Virus record (IMG/VR): IMGVR_UViG_3300037455_000543
Span: 315,136 to 379,135 of that record
DNA from: a virus
Taxonomy: Duplodnaviria > Heunggongvirae > Uroviricota > Caudoviricetes
Length of the DNA stretch: 64,000 nucleotides
Direction: 5' to 3' (one strand)
A model generated the notes under the pieces. The model made no database searches. It saw only the letters and a program-made list of their open reading frames with translations, and had not been told where the DNA came from. Below, piece by piece: positions 48,857 through 59,176 of the stretch. The position numbers were made by a program, and so were the translations under genes. Each line of letters opens with the position of its first letter. Within the stretch, counting starts at the first letter, position 1.

Positions 48857-49247
48857 AAAGAGAGTTTTTTTCTTATATTTAAGAGGTAAAGAAGAGGTCA
48901 TAATGAATAGAATTATCCAGAAGATAAGTATACAATGGGTTCCATTTAAGGAAACTCTCCCGAAAGTCGGCTCATTTATAGTAGCTAAACGCTCTGACGA
49001 AACATTACGTTTTATGTTCGGAACGTTTACTGACAATGGATTTGCATGCCCCGATGGAACATTTATTACTTCGTTACTACATGAACAGTTTGTGTGGTCG
49101 TATGTATCTGATGTTTTCTCTGAACAGACAACAGTGGATTCAAAGACTGACAAAGTGGTCCAAGAAATTCTTGATTCTATTGTTCCGTGAGAATTTAAGG
49201 AGAATTTTTGAATTACGAAAAAAGTAGGCTTATACGATGAAAAGAGA
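48817..49247 (+). repeat. Perfect 47-bp direct repeat (48817-48863 and 49201-49247) flanking one gene
   Basis: AGAATTTTTGAATTACGAAAAAAGTAGGCTTATACGATGAAAAGAGA twice. Confidence 0.95.
48903..49190 (+). CDS. Hypothetical protein inside the direct repeat
   Basis: ORF, GAGG SD, W.....LP motif. Confidence 0.7.
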   Translation: MNRIIQKISIQWVPFKETLPKVGSFIVAKRSDETLRFMFGTFTDNGFACPDGTFITSLLHEQFVWSYVSDVFSEQTTVDSKTDKVVQEILDSIVP

Positions 49248-49539
49248 ATATGCTTTAATTACAAGGGCTTCTGTTTTTTGGAGTTCTATTGGTATTTTGA
49301 TTGTATATATGCTAATCGGATTAGCTCCATCTATTATGTTGGTATCTGCTAATCAACGTGGCCAATATGCATTAGGTCCATGCTTTTATTGTAGGAATTG
49401 TAATTCTCCTGAAACAGCTGGAAAATATAGTGGTTATTCGACTATTGTAGATACTGTCTGGACAAATAAGGATTATAGTAATCTTGAAAATAAACCGCAA
49501 ACTATGATGGTTAACGGCAAAGAATACATCCTTAAATAA
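49237..49539 (+). CDS. Membrane-anchored protein
   Basis: N-terminal TM, CxxCxxC. Confidence 0.65.
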   Translation: MKREYALITRASVFWSSIGILIVYMLIGLAPSIMLVSANQRGQYALGPCFYCRNCNSPETAGKYSGYSTIVDTVWTNKDYSNLENKPQTMMVNGKEYILK

Positions 49540-49628
49540 GACAACTGATTAGATATTATTATATGAACAGGGTTTAAAAATGACCCTACTTTTTCTATAT
49601 TATAAAGGTAATCAAAAAGGTGATAGTC

Positions 49629-50093
49629 ATGAACGCTGGTTTTAAAAAGACAAAAACTTATAAAGAATTAAAGAAACAAAATAAAGTTAAAAAAGATAAA
49701 TTTGAAACAGAAAATGTCACAATACCTACTCTTGTAGCATTTGTTGTTGGTATTGCTTTTTGTATCAATTTTTTAGGAAAGATCTGGGATTGGATCTATA
49801 AGCCACAGGAAACTGTTGGTTGGTTTTTCCTTGCGGCTGGTGGCTCTACTATTGCAATTTTACTTTTCTTTATTATTGCATTCATTATTGGCGAAATTAT
49901 AAACCTAATTATTGGTGAAATTGTCTATCCAATAATGCTTAAAATTGAAGTAAGTAGTGAAGATAATTTTAACAGAATAAAGCGCGAATATCGAGACTGG
50001 ATGGACGAGATATATTGCGAATTCAATCATTACTATCCAGCTGACTTATCATCAAAAAGGACAATCAACAATTCATGGAGGAATAATGCCTAA
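49629..50093 (+). CDS. Two-TM membrane protein
   Basis: Hydrophobic segments. Confidence 0.7.
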   Translation: MNAGFKKTKTYKELKKQNKVKKDKFETENVTIPTLVAFVVGIAFCINFLGKIWDWIYKPQETVGWFFLAAGGSTIAILLFFIIAFIIGEIINLIIGEIVYPIMLKIEVSSEDNFNRIKREYRDWMDEIYCEFNHYYPADLSSKRTINNSWRNNA

Positions 50094-50769
50094 GAATGAA
50101 ACTACAGTTGAACAATATGTAGAAGCTGTTAAGCTTTATAAGAAACTCGAAGATAAGGCTAAAGTATTCTTTGACTTGATTGCAAATTTTGGTGAACGTT
50201 TGCATAATGTATATCGTTCGCATAAAAAAGCAGAGGCAATTTTTGATGAACTAACAGATGAGCTTAGTATTGAATGGCTGGTCTATGATGATGTAATTGA
50301 CGGAATATTGGAAGAAAGCTCAATAGATATTAATTATATTGAGGTGCCGGCTGGTATCAAGAAAATGACTGGGATTTATATCATAAATTGGTATAATGAC
50401 AAGCATGACCATATTTGTATTCCGCTCAAGTATCTTATGGATTTATCGGAAGTAAGAGCTATCATTAAAAAATATGATAAGATTATTGATGCAGATGAAA
50501 AGAAATTTGCCGCATATAAAAGAGACGATGTTGTTGGAAAAGTTCTTGAAGAGATGCTTGAACAGGGTTTTAATAAGTATAAGAGAAATCCGGCACTTAT
50601 CGTAAAGAATTTTGACAGTATTGGCAAGTCTATATTTGATGATTACTGGGAAGAATTCGCTATCAAGATTGAAGGCGCAGATGTTCGGCATATTAATAAT
50701 AAGTATGTTGTAAGTATCGCCTATACAGTAGACGAGGGCAATATCCAGGTATTTCTTGCAGAAATCTGA
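50086..50769 (+). CDS. Hypothetical protein
   Basis: ORF, GGAGG SD. Confidence 0.75.
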   Translation: MPKNETTVEQYVEAVKLYKKLEDKAKVFFDLIANFGERLHNVYRSHKKAEAIFDELTDELSIEWLVYDDVIDGILEESSIDINYIEVPAGIKKMTGIYIINWYNDKHDHICIPLKYLMDLSEVRAIIKKYDKIIDADEKKFAAYKRDDVVGKVLEEMLEQGFNKYKRNPALIVKNFDSIGKSIFDDYWEEFAIKIEGADVRHINNKYVVSIAYTVDEGNIQVFLAEI

Positions 50770-50896
50770 TATAGATAACTGAGAAAATATAATATGACAA
50801 GTAAGGTTTAATAACGACCTTACTTTTTCTATATTATAAAGGTAGTCGTCGATTTATGATTACGCATCCAACATTAGTCAAGTAAAGGAGAAAACT

Positions 50897-51241
50897 ATGT
50901 TTAATGAACAATGGGCGGAAAAAATGCTTAAACATTATTCAACTGTGCTAGGCATCAGTTCTGAAGATGTAATTGCATATTTTAGCGAGCAAATGCTAAA
51001 TTTCGGTCTTCGTAGACAATTTGACCATATCAGGTTTGATAGCGGTAAAGAAAAGTTTGTTCCGATTGAACCGATTAATCTGAATGATTGTGATTTTAGT
51101 CGTAACCGTGTTATCAAGATTGATTCACCGTCTAAAGATTTTCCGGTTGAAAAATTTAGCGATAAGCTAATTAAAGAATGGGAACAGCCAGATTATTATA
51201 AAGAAAGTTTGCATAAGCTTTTAAAAGAACACGGTTATTAA
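50897..51241 (+). CDS. Hypothetical protein
   Basis: ORF, SD. Confidence 0.75.
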   Translation: MFNEQWAEKMLKHYSTVLGISSEDVIAYFSEQMLNFGLRRQFDHIRFDSGKEKFVPIEPINLNDCDFSRNRVIKIDSPSKDFPVEKFSDKLIKEWEQPDYYKESLHKLLKEHGY

Positions 51242-51262
51242 TCAACTAACGGAGCGGACTAA

Positions 51263-51880
51263 ATGAACTTGGGAAAAGATCCATTGTGCTATTCTAAAGC
51301 ATACAGGCATAAGCTAAGAGAAATCTATAAGTCTATTATTGATTATCGCAAAGCTAATCCTTGCAAAGACCAATATTTTGAAATCCATCATATTATTCCT
51401 AAGCATATATGCAAGAAACTTGGAATTGATATGAATTCAATTAATAATAAGGTTCAACTGTCTGTAAAAGAACATGCGTTTGTCCATATGATTCTTGACA
51501 GAACACGTGGCTTTAAAGTTATTGGTAGTAAAAGCCTTAAGCGTATTGCGGAAAACAAGATTAATGGCTATAAACAAACTGGATTGGAAAAGGTAGGAAA
51601 GCCTATTCTTACTAGTGAAGATCGCCATGTGATTAATCTTGGCCGTAAAGAAGTGCTTGCAAAATATAAAAAGAAAATCAATGACTATATTATTACCAAA
51701 GCATCGGCAACTGACTTTTATCATGCTATTTGTGACGTTCTCAGAAAAAAGCTTAATATTCCAAACGAAATTGAATTTAACATGTCGAAAAATATTACAG
51801 GCCATTTGAGAAATAGCATTCCTACGGCATTAACGTTAGGTTTATCGGTAAAAACATTGCTGCGAACTGAAGTAAAATAA
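51263..51880 (+). CDS. HNH endonuclease (Mob-like, free-standing)
   Basis: EIHHIIPK...N...L...EHAFVH. Confidence 0.75.
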   Translation: MNLGKDPLCYSKAYRHKLREIYKSIIDYRKANPCKDQYFEIHHIIPKHICKKLGIDMNSINNKVQLSVKEHAFVHMILDRTRGFKVIGSKSLKRIAENKINGYKQTGLEKVGKPILTSEDRHVINLGRKEVLAKYKKKINDYIITKASATDFYHAICDVLRKKLNIPNEIEFNMSKNITGHLRNSIPTALTLGLSVKTLLRTEVK

Positions 51881-51940
51881 GATTAAAATAAAGATTGACA
51901 ATTAGTCAGTCTTTTTCTATATTATAATTTAGAGGAAAAA

Positions 51941-52795
51941 ATGAAAAAAGAATTTATTAAGACCGAGCATATTACTCTTGATGGCCATGTATTAACAGAA
52001 GATGAAAAAGCTCGTGAAGATCGAATTGACAAGGATCAATATTGGCTTGATCGTCATGAAAAATTATGGCAAGAGGGTGTTGAAGCTAAACCTGAGCATT
52101 ATGCCTTAGGTGCTGTAGAATGCGCCCGTCGTGCTGATTATTGTGAAAGACGTCATTTGTGTGGATATAAACATGATGTCATTATCAAATGGTATTGGAA
52201 GAAGGATGATGGCACGACTGAAATCGAAGAAACTGAAAATTATTTAGCAAGCACATGGAATAAAATTAATTTGTTCAGATGCGCTGCCCAATATTGGTCA
52301 AGCATAGCTCGACAGGTTCAACGTAAAGAAGAACTTGAAAATCCGTTGCACATGCATGTTGAACATAAAGATATTATTATCACTGACCCATGCTACATTG
52401 CCAAGGAATGGGATAAATTTTATGATAAATATGTAACTCGCCCAGTTAGCCGACTTGATGTTCCAGCTGATGAAAGATGTAACGGTGAAAATATCTTGAT
52501 GAGAGATACGATTTATGGTGACTGGTCTTGTCATGTATTCAATGAAAAGAAAGAGTCTATCGGTCGTTTCTGTGCGGATGCGGGTATGGTTTGTATCGCA
52601 GTCCTGGGTGAGAATCCTGATATCGATCCGGAAAAGGTAAAAGAAATTTCAAAAAAAGACTGGTGTGCTACAATTCTTAAAGATTATACTGGCGATCTTT
52701 ATATCAAACGTGCACCTACTGAAGGTTCGTATGATGAAATTTACGTTGAAGGCGTCGGTTCAATCAATTTCACGTCAAGGCAGACTGGCCTGTAA
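51941..52795 (+). CDS. Hypothetical phage protein (IITDPCY...YGDW...FCADAGMV)
   Basis: ORF, SD, promoter. Confidence 0.8.
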   Translation: MKKEFIKTEHITLDGHVLTEDEKAREDRIDKDQYWLDRHEKLWQEGVEAKPEHYALGAVECARRADYCERRHLCGYKHDVIIKWYWKKDDGTTEIEETENYLASTWNKINLFRCAAQYWSSIARQVQRKEELENPLHMHVEHKDIIITDPCYIAKEWDKFYDKYVTRPVSRLDVPADERCNGENILMRDTIYGDWSCHVFNEKKESIGRFCADAGMVCIAVLGENPDIDPEKVKEISKKDWCATILKDYTGDLYIKRAPTEGSYDEIYVEGVGSINFTSRQTGL

Positions 52796-52883
52796 TGGTT
52801 GACTGAACAAATATAATATGGTAAGTAAGGTTTAATATCGGTCTTATTTTTTCTATATTAAGGATATAAAAGGAATATTAATT

Positions 52884-53333
52884 ATGTGTGCTACACTTGA
52901 AGAGTTTAAAAAGGCTAAAAAAATTACAGATGAAGTTGAAGATAAACTGTATTCGATGGTGTCTGACTTTAACAGATTCTATCCGCATAGCCGTTCATAT
53001 GAAAATATTGAATTCCGAGAGGGGCAGGACTATGCAATTATTCATTATGAAGAATATTGCATGGGCGAAAGTGATTCTTATGATGACTGGATTATTCCCA
53101 CGTCAATTATTGAAGATTATATTGCTGGTAACAAGGAAAAGGCAATGAATGCCATGCGAGAATACAGGGCGGAAGAAAAACGCAGAATCGAAGAAGAAAG
53201 AAAGCGTCGTGAGGAAGAAGCTAAAAAGCAAAGGGAACGAGAACTCGCTTTGGCCGCAGAAAGAAAAGAAAAAGCAGATTATGAGCTTTGGAAAAAGTTA
53301 AATGAAAAATACGGGAGTAAAACAAATGCCTAG
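52884..53333 (+). CDS. Coiled-coil hypothetical protein
   Basis: ORF. Confidence 0.75.
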   Translation: MCATLEEFKKAKKITDEVEDKLYSMVSDFNRFYPHSRSYENIEFREGQDYAIIHYEEYCMGESDSYDDWIIPTSIIEDYIAGNKEKAMNAMREYRAEEKRRIEEERKRREEEAKKQRERELALAAERKEKADYELWKKLNEKYGSKTNA

Positions 53334-53600
53334 ACAATATTGCGTTCAGCTACTTAATCTAACAACTGGAAAAACAAGCCTGTATATTTGTAAGGCGAAT
53401 AACATTTATGAAGCTCTTAAAATCAGTGGTGTAATTCCAAAAGATGCTGATGTAACAGCAGACACTAAATGGGAAACGAACTACAAGTTGGAAACATTAT
53501 ATTCCGAGCCGGTTGACTAAAATCAAAATATTATTTAAACGAAGATTGACGAAAGTCAGTCTTTTTTCTATATTATAAAGGTAATCAAAAGGAGTCAATA

Positions 53601-54281
53601 ATGTTCAATTTCTTCAAAAAGAAAACGTTTGATATTGAAAGCGTCAATGAATTAATGGCACGAAACGATAAGTTTTATTTTGATACCAATTATGATCTCG
53701 TTCGTATTAAAGGAACCTCAATTTTTGGATCTTTGCAGGATTTAACATTTAAGTCTGTCGAAGTTGACGGAGAAGATTTCAAAGTTCAAGAAAGTATTTC
53801 CAAGGGCGGATATAAGGTTGGCGATGAAATTTTTTGGAAAATGCCATTTACTGAAATAGAACGTGAAATGCTTGTTTATAAGATTAACGGTAAAACAAGT
53901 ATTTGCGAAGAAACTATTCAAAATGCAGTCAAAAAGTATGAATATAACAAAAAGTATGTATTCAATCCGACTTTGGCGACACAGAGGAATGGTTTGAACT
54001 GGTTCTTCCTCATTTGTCTTCGTCCGACGGATATTAATCCTTATTTTGAATTCCTTGACCAGCAAGAAGCAACAGAATATATTGTCGAATACAGAAATTA
54101 TGTATTAAAGGAATTTCAAAAACGTTCGGACGATGGAAAATATCAATTCGATATGGTCGTAACTGTTGAACCGTATTTGACTTGGCTTGATCAAAATAAG
54201 GAAAAGCTCGATGTCGAAAAACATCGCAGGGAAGAAAACGAAAAATGCAAAGACATTTTTGATATGATTAGGAGAGCTTAA
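53601..54281 (+). CDS. Hypothetical protein
   Basis: ORF, SD, promoter. Confidence 0.75.
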   Translation: MFNFFKKKTFDIESVNELMARNDKFYFDTNYDLVRIKGTSIFGSLQDLTFKSVEVDGEDFKVQESISKGGYKVGDEIFWKMPFTEIEREMLVYKINGKTSICEETIQNAVKKYEYNKKYVFNPTLATQRNGLNWFFLICLRPTDINPYFEFLDQQEATEYIVEYRNYVLKEFQKRSDDGKYQFDMVVTVEPYLTWLDQNKEKLDVEKHRREENEKCKDIFDMIRRA

Positions 54282-54622
54282 TGAAAACGAATTTTGCAAA
54301 TTTTATGGAAGCTGAACGTTATCTTAGGAAACATCTGGATCTTCCTAAGAAAGTTCGAATCAAGACAGAATATAATTTGTTTACTGTTAAGGCAAATGAT
54401 AAGCATCCTGATATTCGTGCATTACGTCAATATCTCGATTTTGAATATCATGGCAAGAATGCGGGTGTTGGTGTTGTCGAACAGTATAAGCCTGAAGTAA
54501 AGAAAGGTGAATGGGTTATGACTGTTGATGGTAATAAGCCATGGATTTTCGTGGAAACTGAAAACTTTAAGGAAATTACTGAAGAGGAATTTATTTCTAA
54601 GATTAACGGAATTCTTGAATGA
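54281..54622 (+). CDS. Hypothetical protein
   Basis: ORF, coupled. Confidence 0.75.
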   Translation: MKTNFANFMEAERYLRKHLDLPKKVRIKTEYNLFTVKANDKHPDIRALRQYLDFEYHGKNAGVGVVEQYKPEVKKGEWVMTVDGNKPWIFVETENFKEITEEEFISKINGILE

Positions 54623-55515
54623 AAACACTTTATAACTTTATAGAAGAAACATATCATATTGATTTGAGTCAAAGCAAGTTCACAATCAATGTGACTAATG
54701 TAAAGAATGGTTCACGACCCGATTACTGGACTATGAAGCTATGGGACGGAACAATCAAGGATTGGGAATTGTCTAATCTTATTGCTTGGACTGGTAAACG
54801 TGATATGGTTCTGTGGAAACCTGGAACATATATTATCCAGATCTATAAGACTGATGCTGGTAGTTATCTTCTGGGTTCTCTGTTTAAAGTTATTAGTTGC
54901 ACTAAGAATCCGAATTTTGGTAAACCTGTTGAAGAATGTGACAGAAGTCTTTATTCTGCGGAAACTGGTTGTAATGAGCCGAATACCAGATATACATATC
55001 GGTTTGAACAAATCGATCTGAATATGTATCGTGGTTGGCCCATTAAGTTGGATTTCAAAATGAATCAGGCTTATCAGCTTGATTGCAAGACATGGAAAGA
55101 TAAAATCTTAATGGAACCGATTTCGACTTATACAGCCCATAAATTTCCAGGTTATAAAAATGTCGATCACAGCTTAATAGATTTGAAAAGCTTAATAGAT
55201 TTACCAGAATGGAAAATCGCTTTAGAAAATCAAAAAGGCGTATATATGCATACTGATATGCTTAATGGAAAACATTATATTGGTAGTGCATATGGTAAAG
55301 CAAGATTGTGGAGTAGGCTAAAAGAATATACAGTAACTGGGCATGGTGGTAATTTGGGCTTAATAGAATTAGGTGCAGATTATATTTTTAAAAATTTCAA
55401 AACTTGTATTCTTGAAGAATGCCCGGATAATATGAGTGACGAAGAAATTATCCAACGTGAAAATATGTATAAGGATAAATTTATGACTCGCGAATTTGGC
55501 TATAACAAAAACTAA
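54619..55515 (+). CDS. GIY-YIG nuclease-domain protein
   Basis: GVY...HYIGSA...R...ILE...RE...GYNKN. Confidence 0.8.
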   Translation: MKTLYNFIEETYHIDLSQSKFTINVTNVKNGSRPDYWTMKLWDGTIKDWELSNLIAWTGKRDMVLWKPGTYIIQIYKTDAGSYLLGSLFKVISCTKNPNFGKPVEECDRSLYSAETGCNEPNTRYTYRFEQIDLNMYRGWPIKLDFKMNQAYQLDCKTWKDKILMEPISTYTAHKFPGYKNVDHSLIDLKSLIDLPEWKIALENQKGVYMHTDMLNGKHYIGSAYGKARLWSRLKEYTVTGHGGNLGLIELGADYIFKNFKTCILEECPDNMSDEEIIQRENMYKDKFMTREFGYNKN

Positions 55516-55532
55516 TAAAAGGAAATCAGACA

Positions 55533-55754
55533 ATGGCAGAATTTACAAAAACCGTATATGTTCCGATTGAAATTACGACAAGTAATAAACTTACGGATGA
55601 ACAGGCGCTTAAAATCGCCGAGATTATTTTTGACGATACTTCGAATAGTGTAGAAGTAGTTAGTAAAGAGGCACAGATTAAAATTGAAGATTGGGCAGTA
55701 CATAAGCCTGTTACCGGTTGGGATATCGGTAAGAATTATTTACCTAGAGCATAA
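55533..55754 (+). CDS. Small protein, KTVYVP family paralogue
   Basis: MAEFTKTVYVPIEIT. Confidence 0.75.
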   Translation: MAEFTKTVYVPIEITTSNKLTDEQALKIAEIIFDDTSNSVEVVSKEAQIKIEDWAVHKPVTGWDIGKNYLPRA

Positions 55755-55851
55755 ATTTTAGCTTAATAAAAATTTTCAAAATAAAAAACTGTGTCGAGTC
55801 TCGATACAGTTTTTTTTCTATATTTGGATTAAAGTTATAAGAGGTAAAAGA

Positions 55852-56601
55852 ATGAATTATAATATTGAAATGATTAATCTTCTTTCTGAACTTTATCCAA
55901 TTCAACCACAATTGGCTTTTTATAAGGTCGATGACAAGATTGTTTTAAAGGCACAAGAAGTAAGACAGAAACTTGCATATAAGCTTGAAGCACCAACTGA
56001 ATATTTTGATTTCCCAGCTGAAGCATTGAGATTCTATGACTTTAAGAAATTTATGGATTTCTTTAATACGTTCAATGTTGATTCCAAGGATGAACAGTTA
56101 AAAGATACTCCGATTCTTGACGCAACATTACTTGAATCTGGTGAAATTTCAAATATTATCATTGAGTCGTCCAAGGGTAAGCAGAAGTTCTCTTACAGGG
56201 CTGCAATTCCTGGAACAGTCGATGAACCGCAATTTAATAATCTTGCGCTTCCTACTATTGGTGCAAAGGTAACATTGTCTGAAGCACAGATTAATCATTT
56301 GAAGAAGATGGTTAATTTGATTTATGACAAGAGCACTCCGGGCGGAATTAAGATTGAATGTGCTGGCGATACTATGAAAGTTACTTTACACAATATTGTA
56401 ACTTCTAATAGTTATGACATCGAATATAAGCTTAATGGAACAGCGGAAAAGGATTTCAACTTGACTATCAATAGAGAAGGCTTATTGTTGTTACCGTCTG
56501 CATCGTTTGACATCGACGTTGGTCCTAAAGGTTTGATTTTCCACATGCTCAGAGACGACAATATTAAGTTAACAATGGCAATTTCCTATATGAAGGCATA
56601 A
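55852..56601 (+). CDS. gp45: DNA polymerase sliding clamp (T4 gp45-like)
   Basis: ~250 aa, FYDF..F and L.LLP..FD patterns, just upstream of clamp loader. Confidence 0.65.
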   Translation: MNYNIEMINLLSELYPIQPQLAFYKVDDKIVLKAQEVRQKLAYKLEAPTEYFDFPAEALRFYDFKKFMDFFNTFNVDSKDEQLKDTPILDATLLESGEISNIIIESSKGKQKFSYRAAIPGTVDEPQFNNLALPTIGAKVTLSEAQINHLKKMVNLIYDKSTPGGIKIECAGDTMKVTLHNIVTSNSYDIEYKLNGTAEKDFNLTINREGLLLLPSASFDIDVGPKGLIFHMLRDDNIKLTMAISYMKA

Positions 56602-56603
56602 TT

Positions 56604-56900
56604 ATGGTTAAAGCAGAAGATTTTTTACCAGAAGATAAGAAAGTAGATATTCGTTCAATGGATCCGTGGCAGGTCATTAAACAGGCTGCAGAGGCTGCAG
56701 GTATTAAGATTAAGAATCCTAAGCCAAATTGTAAGCATTGTAATGGTCGCGGCTATGTAGGTCGTTATGCAGATACTGGTGAACCTATTGCATGTAAATG
56801 TATTTTTGAAAAGGAAGTAACTGACAGAGATACAACTATTGAACAGCAGTATCTTAGACCAAGAAACAGAGCAGAACGTAGAGCATTGAGAAGAGGTTAA
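56604..56900 (+). CDS. Zinc-finger protein (CKHCNGRG...CKC)
   Basis: DnaJ-type CxxCxGxG motif. Confidence 0.7.
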   Translation: MVKAEDFLPEDKKVDIRSMDPWQVIKQAAEAAGIKIKNPKPNCKHCNGRGYVGRYADTGEPIACKCIFEKEVTDRDTTIEQQYLRPRNRAERRALRRG

Positions 56901-56903
56901 TAA

Positions 56904-57842
56904 ATGGCTGAAGATACAAAAAGTTATGTCTGGGAACATTATTTTAGACCGAAGAGTGTAAAAGATGTTATCATGCCACAAGATTATCATAACTTCTTCA
57001 GTAAGATAATCAAGGGTGGTGCATCACAGAACTTGATTCTTTCCAGTACTACTCCAGGTTCTGGAAAAAGTACGACAGCTCTTGCATTGGCACATGATCT
57101 TGATGCAGAATTCTTGTTCTTAAATGCATCTGATGATAATGGCATTGATACAATTAGAGAAATGGTTCCTAACTTTGCATCGACTGGTTCTCATAATGGT
57201 AATCCAAAAATTATCATTTTTGACGAAGCTGATGGTATGACTCCTAAGGGACAGGAAGCGTTAAGAAACTACATCGACAAGTATCAGGACAATTGTAGAT
57301 TTATTTTGACCTGTAACCATATTGCAAGAATTATCAAGCCACTTAAGGAAGAAGGTGGCAGAACGATGGTTTTTGATTATGACTTAAAGAATCCTAAGTA
57401 TATCGAAGAGCTTAGAGATAAAATCTATAAGCGAATGGAAGGTATATTGAAGTTCGAAAAAGTTCCGTTCGAAGAAAAGGCAGTCAGAGACTTAATAAAT
57501 CTAAAGTTCCCATCTATCCGTTCTATTGTCGCTACTTTACAAAAGTATGCTATGATGAAGGATAAGATTGATATGGATATTATTCCGTATGTTCAAATAG
57601 GTGACGAATTTACAAATATCGTCCTCAGCAAGAACTTAACGGATTGTAGAAAATATATCAATGAACATGGTTTATTCCCGGTCGATGTGTTCTGTTACTT
57701 AATGGATAATATCGTTCCTAAATGCACGAATAAAGGTGATGCTATTACACAGATTGCAAACTATGAATACCAGTCAAACTTGTCGTCTGACCCGTCTATT
57801 CAAATTGCAGCATGTTTGGTTAACCTGTTCCAATGTATCTAA
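56904..57842 (+). CDS. gp44: Clamp loader AAA+ subunit (T4 gp44/RFC-like)
   Basis: W...RP, PGSGKST, LNASD..GID, DEAD, QEALR, FILTCN. Confidence 0.92.
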   Translation: MAEDTKSYVWEHYFRPKSVKDVIMPQDYHNFFSKIIKGGASQNLILSSTTPGSGKSTTALALAHDLDAEFLFLNASDDNGIDTIREMVPNFASTGSHNGNPKIIIFDEADGMTPKGQEALRNYIDKYQDNCRFILTCNHIARIIKPLKEEGGRTMVFDYDLKNPKYIEELRDKIYKRMEGILKFEKVPFEEKAVRDLINLKFPSIRSIVATLQKYAMMKDKIDMDIIPYVQIGDEFTNIVLSKNLTDCRKYINEHGLFPVDVFCYLMDNIVPKCTNKGDAITQIANYEYQSNLSSDPSIQIAACLVNLFQCI

Positions 57843-58081
57843 TGTCTGAATTATTTAGATATGATTCCGATAAATTGAATCGTAAGCAGTTAATAATTGC
57901 TTACGGTTCTGATATTGAAAATATAGAAAAAGAAATTCAGAATTTAGAAAGTGTATTAAATAATAAAAAATATAAAAAACTAATGAGTAGGGACAAATAT
58001 ACTGAAGTCTACTCTAAATTAATGGATTTGAAAGCATTAAAGGACTTATTGCTATTTGAAAAAGATCTTTCATTAATTTAG
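57842..58081 (+). CDS. Hypothetical protein
   Basis: ORF, coupled. Confidence 0.6.
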   Translation: MSELFRYDSDKLNRKQLIIAYGSDIENIEKEIQNLESVLNNKKYKKLMSRDKYTEVYSKLMDLKALKDLLLFEKDLSLI

Positions 58082-58115
58082 GTTGACAATATAAAGTATA
58101 TTTGCTATATTAATT

Positions 58116-58553
58116 ATGAAAAAGAAAATACTTTATATATTGCGTGGTGTTCCAGGATCTGGAAAATCTACATATGCTAAGGAAATAATGACAAATCGGT
58201 GCGATAGCATTGGTGAGCATTATGAAGCGGATATGTATTTTATGGATAATGGAATGTATAATTGGAATGCTGATAAGCTTTACTATGCACATAAGTGGTG
58301 TTACTTTAGTGTGTGTAAGGCGATGGATAAGCCGTCCAACGATTATGTAATTGTTTCTAATACATTCGTATTGAACAAGGACATAAAGCCTTATATAAAG
58401 GCTGCAGAAGAAAGAGGATGGGAAGTAAGCGTTTTAAGATTGTCTAACAATTTTAATAATGTCCATTCTGTTCCGGCTGAAGTTGTTCAGGGAATGTTGG
58501 ATAAGTTCCAAGATTATCCTGGCGAAATAAAGCTTGCTAAAGTTGAAGTATGA
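58116..58553 (+). CDS. AAA_33/polynucleotide-kinase-like P-loop protein
   Basis: LRGVPGSGKST, EADMYF, AH.WC, VSNT, NVHSVP. Confidence 0.85.
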   Translation: MKKKILYILRGVPGSGKSTYAKEIMTNRCDSIGEHYEADMYFMDNGMYNWNADKLYYAHKWCYFSVCKAMDKPSNDYVIVSNTFVLNKDIKPYIKAAEERGWEVSVLRLSNNFNNVHSVPAEVVQGMLDKFQDYPGEIKLAKVEV

Positions 58554-59098
58554 CACAAGAAGACAAGAATAAATTCGATTGGTTAAATCAAACTTCGTAT
58601 CTTTTACGATTGTTGCTTAACAAATATGGTTTTGAAATTGAAAAATTTACAATTACGAACAATGATGTTTGGCATGTCTTTTATGACAAGACAATCGTAG
58701 GAAGTATCACATTCAGAACAGACGAAGATAATTTTACCTATTGTAATTTAAGACTTTATAAATATTTTTCTTTAAAGTTTCCTAAAATAAAAGACTTTAT
58801 TATGTCTGAATATTTTGAATTCGAAGACGGAAAACGTGTTCGGTTCAAGTTCGATGACTTTGAAGAATATATTGAAAAAGTATTGACTTGTGTAAATTCA
58901 TTGATAGTAAAGCAGAAGGAAACGCCAGAAGAGCAAGATGATTTAAGCGATAGTATATCGAGGCTTAAAGAATATTGTGAAGAATATGACAGTAAGTTTT
59001 CGAATAATATAATGTTTAAGGATATTCGAAATATCCTTAACGAAAACCAAAGATTACTAAAAGAAATCGAAAAACTTAAAGCTTCTGCTGAAAGATAA
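58550..59098 (+). CDS. Hypothetical protein
   Basis: ORF, coupled. Confidence 0.7.
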   Translation: MTQEDKNKFDWLNQTSYLLRLLLNKYGFEIEKFTITNNDVWHVFYDKTIVGSITFRTDEDNFTYCNLRLYKYFSLKFPKIKDFIMSEYFEFEDGKRVRFKFDDFEEYIEKVLTCVNSLIVKQKETPEEQDDLSDSISRLKEYCEEYDSKFSNNIMFKDIRNILNENQRLLKEIEKLKASAER

Positions 59099-59176
59099 CT
59101 GGTGAATATACTGGATTGAGAACGGGTTAACAAACCCGTTCTTTTTTATTATATTTGATATATCAAAGGATTTAAA

